Assembly (NCBI RefSeq): GCF_006345805.1 | Contig: NW_021828855.1 | Coordinates: 1-7,370, forward strand | Length of the DNA stretch: 7,370 bases | Direction: 5' to 3' | Origin: Octopus sinensis | Lineage: Eukaryota | Part shown: piece after piece, positions 1 through 7,225 of the stretch | Layout of the letters: every line of letters begins with the position of its first letter | Position numbering within the stretch: the stretch's first letter is position 1 | The notes under the pieces: model-generated | Told to the model about the DNA's origin: nothing | The model's input: only the letters and a program-made list of their open reading frames with translations | The model's database searches: none | Translations under genes and position numbers: made by a program

Positions 1-457
1 AAGAAGGTCTGGATCATCTTCCAACTGTTCTTTCAGTTCACGACACGCATTCAGTCATGACTGCTTTTCATCTTCCGTGAGCAAGTGGGGTCACATCCTT
101 TGCTGGAACTCTTTTCATTCGCAATTCCTCACTCAAAATTCGTTCGCAGGAGCACCAAGACACACCAGTCATATCAACAAATTCGTCAATTGTTTGGTGA
201 CGGTTGTCCAAGATTAATTTATGAATTTTCGTGATGTTTTCATTCGTTCGGGAGGTCGACGGTCGCCCTGGACGATGTTTGGTCTTCAAGCAACAAGTGA
301 CCATTCCTAAAGCGTGAAAATCACTCATAAACTTGTGTTTGGCTCATGGCACAGTGTCCTTGTACGGTGTTTGAAGCACCAGAATTGTTTGGGCTGCCGT
401 TTTCTCCTGCAGAAAACAGAATCACACGGAAGGACGCTGTTCCTTCGTTTCAACCAT
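1..457 (-). pseudogene. Decayed mariner-family (Tc1/mariner) transposase, N-terminal DNA-binding region; runs off the window's left edge
   Basis: Manual minus-strand translation from ATG at 457, across frameshifts and stops: MVETKEQRPSV*FCFLQEKTAAQTILVLQTPYKDT..MSQTQVYE*FSRFRNG..RPGRPSTSRTNENITKIHKLILDNRHQTIDEFVDMTGVSWCSCERILSEELRMKRVPAKDV / LLTEDEKQS*LNACRELKEQLEDDPDLL. This follows the mariner pattern (EQR..IKFCF, VYEWFKRF, GRP, second HTH, degenerate WVPHEL-type linker, helix before the first catalytic Asp). At least 3 in-frame stops and 2 frameshifts. No terminal inverted repeat identified. Confidence 0.9.
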
Positions 458-496
458 CGCAAAAATCGACAAACAGGGGAGGACAAAATGATGTGG

Positions 497-518
497 CAAC
501 AACAACAACAACAGCAAA

Positions 519-553
<35 letters not shown>

Positions 554-557
554 TGAC
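497..557. repeat. Compound trinucleotide microsatellite (CAA)5...(GAC)11
   Basis: CAA x5 at 497-511 and GAC x11 at 519-551, read directly. Confidence 0.97.
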
Positions 558-744
558 AGCAATGGAGACCATCATCAGGAACACAACAATCAACAACAGC
601 TCAAAGGAGTGAAACACTAGATGGAACTGGTGACACCTCGCACTCGCACTTTCTTATATTCCGACAGAAAATAAAGACGTTTTGTGGCTGTTTTTCATCT
701 CAAGCTTTAACTGTGTGTAGTGAATGGTGGAGCATAGAAGTGTA

Positions 745-1164
745 GACAGCGAGCTGGCAGAAACGTTAGCACGCCGGGCGAAATGCGTAGCCGTATTTCG
801 TCTGTCGTTACGTTGCGAGTTCAAATTCCGCCGAGGTCGACTTTGCCTTTCATCCTTTCGGGGTCGATAAATTAAGTACCAGTTACGCACTGAGGTCGAT
901 ATAATCGACTTAATACCTATGTCTGTCCTTGTTTGTCCTCTCTATGTTTAGCCCCTTGTGAGTAATAAAGAAATAGGTATTTCGTCTGTCGTTACATTCT
1001 GAGCTCAAATTTCGCAGAGGTCGACTTTGCCTTTCATCCTTTCGGGGTCGATTAAATAAGTGCCGGTTACGCACTGGGGTCGATATAATCGACTTAATCC
1101 GTTTCTCTGTCTTTGTTTGTCCCCTCTGTGTTTAGCCCCTTGTGGATAGTAAAGAAATAGGTAT
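745..1164 (+). mobile_element. tRNA-derived SINE with a tandemly duplicated 184-bp body and a Meta-domain-like centre
   Basis: Pol III A-box-like TGGCAGAAACGTT at 755-767 and B-box GAGTTCAAATTCC at 817-829. The central GTCGACTTTGCCTTTCATCCTTTCGGGGTCGATAAATTAAGTACC resembles the MetaSINE/Sauria-type central domain (recalled, not searched). Bodies 793-976 and 977-1160 align without gaps, about 21 mismatches in 184 (about 89%). Confidence 0.85.
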
Positions 1165-1852
1165 AGGACTTACGTACTTGACAACCTGGAACTTGCAAGA
1201 ATTGGAGTGAGAAATTGTTAGGCTACGAGAGGCAGGATGTATATCCTCTGAAATAGCAAAATCAAAGATACTAGTTCGATCTGTAATCGATGGAAATATA
1301 TATATAGTGGAAAACCGGAGAAAGTGGCGAATTACCAAAGCAATAGCAAAATTAATCCAAGACCAGCAAAAACATTTCGGTAACGAACGAAAAACTGATG
1401 CTGAGATCGTCTGTGATAATTGCAATAATGTTGCATGGATGTGAGATGGGGGCATACATACAGGCAACACTGAGAGGTTATTGTCAGTATTTGGAACAAA
1501 ATGTTTTCGCAGTTTTCTTGGCATTTTCTATATTTTTTGTTTAAATATATTTCAATTTTAAAAATAACGAAGAATTTGCATGAAGAACTTTATTGGAAAG
1601 TTTAAATTTAGATCTCTTTAAAACAGGAAGTTTGAGTCATAGAACTAAAGGCGGTACCAAATGGGTTAAGAGGAAGGACTGAATGCCAAGACCAGTCAGT
1701 TTTAGAACAACTTAATGGAATGGGTTGGGAAGAGAGAAAGACTTCCAGAAACAGGAACACGGAAAGCAATGTTTTGGTCAGAGCCATGAAATGAGTGAGT
1801 CATTTAGAAATCTAATAATGTTTGGAAGAATAAAAGGTAGAAGGGAGAGACT
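1163..1852 (+). mobile_element. Degenerate non-LTR retrotransposon (RTE-clade-like) reverse transcriptase C-terminal remnant
   Basis: Plus-strand peptides in the expected order: NLQELE*..GCISSEIAKSKILV (cf. ELQEL..GMEIS.EKSKIMV); RITKAIAKL; KLMLRSSVIIAIMLHGCE (1392-1445, cf. KLRLYKSLV.SILLYGCE); ERLLSVFGTKCFRSFLGI (1472-1525, cf. ERR..AFE.KCLR.ILGI); FG..NLIMFGRIKGRRER (about 1772-1849, cf. FGH..LI.QG.IEG.R.RGR). Frameshifts, stops, and the FKYLG block is missing. The 3' part is less certain. Confidence 0.7.
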
Positions 1853-1867
1853 AGTTTAATGGTGTAG

Positions 1868-1940
1868 CGCCCACGAAATAAGAGCGGATCCGAAACCAGG
1901 AGCTTACGAAGCAAACTTCTCAACCACTCACACATTCCTG
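1868..1940 (-). mobile_element. Degenerate tRNA-related SINE head fragment
   Basis: Minus strand reads CAGGAATGTGTGAGTGGTTGAGAAGTTTGCTTCGTAAGCTCCTGGTTTCGGATCCGCTC, with an A-box-like AGTGGT and a decayed B-box-like GGTTTCGGATCC at tRNA-like spacing. It resembles a SINE head I recall from cephalopod DNA. No body or tail recognised. Confidence 0.45.
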
Positions 1941-2239
1941 GAACACAATGCTAAAAAATTTCAAGAACTCCAACAATAGAAATGTTCTGGGAACGATCGG
2001 CCTTGACTCCTGCAAAAAGCGATTTTGTTTTCATTCTTGGGAAATGGATGCATTCCACAACTTCGTATATTATAAAGAATACATGTCTACAAGGTTTTAC
2101 AGTTTTTGCTGTGGCAATTCCTAAGACATTGTATTCGGCGATGTGATAGTGTTATTAATGATGGGCGAGATTCTCTATTCTTCACCATATATGACTGGTA
2201 CATATTATATCGATCTCAGAACAATAAATGACAAAAGAG

Positions 2240-2320
2240 ACATCGCAGGATTCGAAACCACAACTTGACGAGACTTCACTGAAGTCGTTTCCACCAACAT
2301 TTTACCACTTCACCTACTTT
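2240..2320 (-). pseudogene. tRNA-like remnant (SINE head or tRNA pseudogene)
   Basis: A-box-like TAGGTGAAGTGG (2316-2305) and B-box-like GGTTTCGAATCC (2259-2248), with a perfect 7-bp hairpin (2272-2286) between them. The acceptor and T stems do not pair, so this is not a functional tRNA. Confidence 0.4.
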
Positions 2321-2323
2321 GTG

Positions 2324-2332
2324 TAGTAGTAA

Positions 2333-2391
<59 letters not shown>
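2324..2391. repeat. (TAG)n microsatellite
   Basis: About 22 TAG units with one TAA variant. Confidence 0.98.
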
Positions 2392-2489
2392 TCAGCATCA
2401 GCAAGAATAGTAGTGGTAGTTAGTATCTGTATCTTCTATAACAAACTTAGTCATAAAAATTTATATATATGTATTTGCCAACCTACCTA

Positions 2490-2532
2490 CTACATACATA
2501 CACACACACAACACACCACACCACACCCACAT

Positions 2533-2594
<62 letters not shown>
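2490..2594. repeat. AC-rich stretch followed by (AT)n microsatellite
   Basis: Imperfect ACAC/ACAT/CCAC at 2490-2538; near-perfect (AT)n at 2539-2594. Confidence 0.95.
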
Positions 2595-2692
2595 GTAGTG
2601 GTAGAAAAGACAAAGAGAGAGACACAGCATGCTTCAAACAGTTGATAGGTCTTTTCTGGATGTGGTCCAATACGTTGGTGAGTGCGTGAAAT

Positions 2693-2735
2693 AGCAGCAG
2701 CAGAAGCTACAACAACAACAGCAGCAGCAGCAGCT
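2693..2735. repeat. Short compound (CAG)/(CAA) microsatellite
   Basis: GCAGCAGCAG..CAACAACAACAGCAGCAGCAGCAG read directly. Confidence 0.9.
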
Positions 2736-2741
2736 GTAGCA

Positions 2742-2895
2742 CCGTCCCAGGTGTGAGAAGAATACTCTTCTTACCTGAGCTTCGTAGGGTATTAATAAGT
2801 GTTGTGGGTTGAAGTAACTTCTGGTCCTGACGAGAGACCCGACGCGCAACTGAGCATTTTCACCAGGATATTTCCTTGGTGATACTATAACCCAA
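2742..2895 (-). mobile_element. Non-LTR retrotransposon remnant (CR1/L2/Jockey group), RT C-terminal region
   Basis: Minus strand gives LGYSITKEISW (cf. LG.TI..DLSW), then after a frame change NAQLRVGSLVRTRSYFNPQHLLIPYEAQVRRVFFSHLG (cf. ASQKLG.L.R.R.YF.P.QLL.LYKAQVRP..EYCSH.WG). Short and internally deleted. Confidence 0.7.
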
Positions 2896-2938
2896 CAGTC
2901 AGAACAATTTTGAGGTCACTACTTGAGTGAGGGGTCGA

Positions 2939-3262
2939 GGCGAGTGGATTAGTGGTTAATGTATTCGGATCACGATCGTAAGGGTGAAAGTTCGATTCCA
3001 GGCGGTGTGTCGTATCCTTAAACAAGAAACTTTATTTCACGTTGCTCCAGTCTACTCAGCTGGCAAAAATGAGTTGTACCTGTAATTCAAAGGGGTCCAG
3101 TCTTGTCGCATTCTGTGTCATTCTGAATCTCCCTGAGAATTACATTAAGGGTATGCATGTCTGTGGAGTACTCAACCACTTGTATGTTGATTTCATAAGC
3201 AGGTTGTTCGGTTGATCGGATCAACTGGAACTCTCGTCGTCGTAACCGACGGAGGTCCAGTT
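2939..3262 (+). mobile_element. tRNA-derived SINE (second family), apparently near full length, with CORE-like central segment and structured 3' end
   Basis: A-box TGGATTAGTGG at 2945-2955 and B-box AGTTCGATTCC at 2989-2999. The next segment, TCCTTAAACAAGAAACTT..TTGCTCCAGTCTACTCAGCTGGCAAAAATGAG, resembles CORE-type SINE central domains (recalled). 3' hairpins at 3211-3225 and 3223-3262. No target-site duplication seen. Confidence 0.8.
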
Positions 3263-3297
3263 CGTGATTATGAAGAGCACTCCGTCGGTTACGACGA
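3237..3297. repeat. Perfect 18-bp inverted repeat with 25-nt spacer; the right arm is an inverted copy of the SINE 3' tip
   Basis: TCGTCGTAACCGACGGAG (3237-3254) is the exact reverse complement of CTCCGTCGGTTACGACGA (3280-3297). Confidence 0.95.
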
Positions 3298-3373
3298 TTC
3301 AGTGATATTTTCTTGTTATGCATAGTGTTTGTGTTTTGTTGGTATTGAAAGAGAAAATGGATCATGACCTCTC

Positions 3374-3549
3374 TTCATTGGAGGATGGCTTCACTGGAGG
3401 ATGGCTTTACTGGAGTATGGCTTCATTGGAGGATGGCTTCATTGGAGGATGGCTTCACTGAAGGATGGCTTCATTGGAGGATGGTTTCACTGGAGGACGG
3501 CTTTACTGGAGGATGACTTTACTGGAGAATGGCTTCATTGGAGGATGGC
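3374..3549. repeat. Minisatellite, 11 x 16 bp, consensus TTYAYTGGAGGATGGC
   Basis: Eleven contiguous 16-bp units starting at 3374, 3390, 3406 ... 3534. No indels and no spacers. Confidence 0.97.
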
Positions 3550-3880
3550 TTTAACGTGTCCGCTGAGGGAATCAATGTAAGATTGCTGCGTGCGTTGGGA
3601 GTGAGTGTGGACAATAGATGGCTGGGGAATGTAAGGCAGGTATGAAGCGGGGGGTGGGGTGACTACTATGTGAGTATAAAAAATACCGCAGAAATATACT
3701 GAAATAACTCATTTAGTGCGGCTCTGACCATTTTTAACATTACAAGAGCAATAACAAAAAATTATATCTAAAAATAACAAAACAAAAAAGCATTACCTTG
3801 AAAGTCTTTTCTTTAAAAAATAAATTTGGAGTAAATTCCAAGTTAAAAATCTCCGATTATGATTTCCTACTCTTACTACG

Positions 3881-4121
3881 GTTGTTGTTGTTGTTGTCAA
3901 CGTCAAGCTTCTGTTGCTGTTGTTGTTGTTGATGATGATGAAATTTCGTTGCATTATGCCACTGATTCTCATTTTGATGTTGATGATAGTGATGCCTGTT
4001 TTAGTTGCTTATGTAACTGCTGTTGGTGTTGTTGTTGTTGTCAGTTTTGTTATTGTTGGGGGTGATGATGGTAGTAATAATAATAATGATAATGATGATG
4101 GTGGTGGTAGTTGTGGTATTG

Positions 4122-4153
<32 letters not shown>

Positions 4154-4238
4154 AGTAATGATAATGATGATGATGATAGTGTTGGTGTTGTTGTTGTTGG
4201 TGATGATGATGATGACGACGCTGCTGCTGCTGCTGCTA

Positions 4239-4271
<33 letters not shown>

Positions 4272-4409
4272 GTGATGATGATGGTGATGATGATGATGAT
4301 GATGATGATGGTGATGATGACGATGAGGATGATGAAGATGATGATGATGATGATGATGATGGTGATGGTGATGATGGTGATGATGATGATGATGGTGATG
4401 ATGACGATG

Positions 4410-4443
<34 letters not shown>

Positions 4444-4630
4444 CGATGATGATGATGAGGAGGAGGAGGATGATGATGACGATGATGATGATGACGATGA
4501 TGATGATGATGATGATGACGACGACGACGACGACGACGACGATGATGATGATGATGGGGATATATATTTGTTGTTTCTGCTGTTGTTGCTGTCGCTGCTG
4601 CTGTTGCTTTTGTTTTTGTTGTTGTCAATA
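3881..4630. repeat. Large compound trinucleotide array (GTT/GAT/GGT/AAT/GCT/GAC/GAG) with a (GAT)n core at about 4240-4557
   Basis: Successive blocks of related trinucleotide motifs, read directly. They explain the four overlapping low-complexity ORFs in the track. Confidence 0.95.
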
Positions 4631-5039
4631 TTAATTGCCATTAATACATTAAAACGATTGGCAAGGCTTTAGTCCTTCCTTCTGACACATTGTGGAGGTG
4701 GTAACCCCCACCACACTCGCTGTTGTTGTTGTTATCACTATCTCTGGTGTTTTTGTTGTTGTTGCTGATGTTTTTGTCGATCTTCGATTTGTTACCCTCC
4801 ACCCTTCCTAACCCTAACGTTAACAGCCCACCCCCTTTTATAAAAAAAAAATCACCCCTTCATCAAATAATGTAACATTAACCAGTCTACCCTAACAATT
4901 CGTCCACTCCCACCTCTATCCACCAGATAAAGTCATCCACCCTTATCTCACCCTTTTTATCTAAGCTTCAAAGGATCCATCCATCAATTCATACACTGAT
5001 ACACAAATGCATCATGTCTGTCTCTCTTTTTCTCTCTGA

Positions 5040-5040
5040 A

Positions 5041-5117
<77 letters not shown>

Positions 5118-5305
5118 ATATATATATATATATATATAGTATATATATATATATCTGTATGTATGTATGTATGTATGTATGTAGGTTTGTATGTATGTAT
5201 GTATGTATCTATGTATGTATGTATCTATGTATGTATGTATGTTTGTATGTATGTATGTTTGTATGTATGTATGAATGTATGTATGTATGTATGAGTGTAT
5301 GTATA
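5040..5305. repeat. (AT)n (5040-5154) followed by (ATGT)n (5157-5305)
   Basis: Read directly; occasional ATCT/TTGT variant units. Confidence 0.97.
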
Positions 5306-5780
5306 CATGTATTTACACGAGTACACACTCACGCATACATATATACACACAAACATACACTTACATACATTCCATGCCCAAATCCTCATTCCGAAATTCC
5401 AGCCACCCAACAAGCCTTTTTGAACATCTTCCACCCGACAATTTATCCACCCCCACCACCACCATATTCTGATCAACAGCACCAACAAAAGACCCGTCCA
5501 AATATTCTAAAACCTTCCTAACACAAACTCTGCCCCGCCGGCTTATCGCCCACTAATCCACTAATCCATTTAGATACTGACCCAATAAATCCATGAATCA
5601 AGAAATGAAATAAGTTCTACTATCTCGGTGGTGGACGCTAAGATCGATCCTGCGATCAAGTTCCCTGTATATCCCCCCTCCATCCATCCACCCTCCTCCA
5701 AACTATTTGACCAGCGGTCATCATATACAATAGCTCTGTTGTTTACCATTCATTTATTTGTCTATTCATCCATCCACCTG

Positions 5781-6141
<361 letters not shown>

Positions 6142-6172
6142 CGAGTTCCTTCACTTATCAATCTCATCATAA

Positions 6173-6542
6173 GCCAGCTTCCTCGCACAGTGTACCACAC
6201 CTAATACAACCACTGCCACCAACACCAACGCCTACACCACCACTGCTACCGACAGGACAACCACTAGAACCATTAACATCAGCACCACCACCACCACAAC
6301 CACCACCACCACCACACATGAAGCTGCTCAAAACTTCCCTTAAGGACTACAATTATCGCCATGTTTCAATACGCAAATACACACACACACACATATATAT
6401 GTGTGTATGTATGTGTGTATGTGTGTGTGTGTGTATACTGAGATACACACACATACACACACGTATATATATGTATATGCTTATGTATAATGAAATATAT
6501 ATGTACATACACACATATGTATCTACATATATGTATATATAT

Positions 6543-6581
<39 letters not shown>

Positions 6582-6755
6582 CTATATATATACACATTCA
6601 TGCATGCATACATGCACAAATAAGTATTACATAAATGACTGTGGATGTTTATGTATTCACATACATAAGCATATAGGCATACATGCATATACATACCTGT
6701 ATATACATATATATATAGATATACATATATAGATTATATGTGCGAGGAAGCTGGC
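6173..6755. repeat. Perfect 17-bp long-range inverted repeat pair (6173-6189 and 6739-6755)
   Basis: GCCAGCTTCCTCGCACA is the exact reverse complement of TGTGCGAGGAAGCTGGC; 549-nt spacer. Confidence 0.93.
6200..6315. repeat. Degenerate (CCA)/(CAA)-rich trinucleotide region
   Basis: ACCACTGCCACCAACACCAAC..CACCACCACCACCACAACCACCACCACC read directly. Confidence 0.85.
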
Positions 6756-6830
6756 GATTATATATATATATATAGATATACGTGAGTGCTTATAAATGCA
6801 CAGTCACACATGTACACACACACACACACA
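6376..6830. repeat. Mixed AC/GT/AT dinucleotide microsatellite region
   Basis: Mostly alternating purine-pyrimidine sequence with (AC)n, (GT)n and (AT)n blocks. Confidence 0.92.
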
Positions 6831-7145
6831 CTCGTAAATATAAACAGACACACACATTAATTTCACTGTCGGTGGCAGATGGGGTGGGGTGGAGTGGGGG
6901 TGGAGATGAGGCAGGGTGTGTGTGCGGGCAGGGTGGAGTTTCTGGTTTGACAGTAGAGTTAAAGACCGGGTATATAATGGCGTCCTGATAGTGTGGGTGA
7001 CCAGGGGTAGAGGAGCAGGGTGCGGTGGGGGTGAGGAAGATGGCTGCATCTCTTCATGTCTGGGTGGGTTTGTGTAAATATTTAAGACAAACTTCACCCG
7101 GTTAATGTTACCTCACATTAACACACCACATCATTACAACGGGTA

Positions 7146-7225
7146 CTTTCTCTTTGTTTCTCTCTTTCTTTCTTTCTTTCTTCCTTTCTTCCTTCCTTTC
7201 TTTCTTTCTTCCATTCTTTCTGTCT
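7146..7225. repeat. Polypyrimidine (TTTC)n / (TTCC)n tract
   Basis: Read directly. Confidence 0.92.

Noticed and set aside
314-890. Short ORFs 314-556, 346-612 and 654-890
   Set aside because: They are antisense to the mariner remnant or SINE, or run through the microsatellite, and show no protein-family signal.
1132-1524. 130-aa minus-strand ORF as a gene
   Set aside because: It is antisense to the RTE-like remnant; the recognisable motifs are on the plus strand.
2240-2320. Functional tRNA gene
   Set aside because: The acceptor stem and T-stem do not pair and no clean anticodon arm can be drawn.
2603-2657. 9-bp inverted repeat AGAAAAGAC / GTCTTTTCT
   Set aside because: Short and low-complexity; compatible with chance.
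3087-3365. 92-aa minus-strand ORF
   Set aside because: It lies mostly antisense within the second SINE and its inverted repeat; no recognisable domain.
3374-3549. CRISPR array
   Set aside because: Units are directly contiguous with no unique spacers, there are no cas genes, and the context is eukaryotic.
3790-3822. Minus-strand micro-exon (AAG|GTAATG donor near 3795)
   Set aside because: The donor looks plausible, but the acceptor is weak (AAG) and there is no coding or neighbouring-exon support.
4009-4641. Poly-Ser, poly-Met and poly-His ORFs (4009-4641, 4023-4634, 4236-4628)
   Set aside because: These are alternative-frame readings of the same trinucleotide array, with no complex sequence.
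4806-4820. Telomeric (CCCTAA) repeat / interstitial telomere
   Set aside because: Only about two units (CTAACCCTAAC), which is expected by chance in C/A-rich sequence.
5551-5570. CCACTAAT direct repeat matching the reverse complement of the SINE A-box region
   Set aside because: About 10-bp match only, with no B-box or body nearby.
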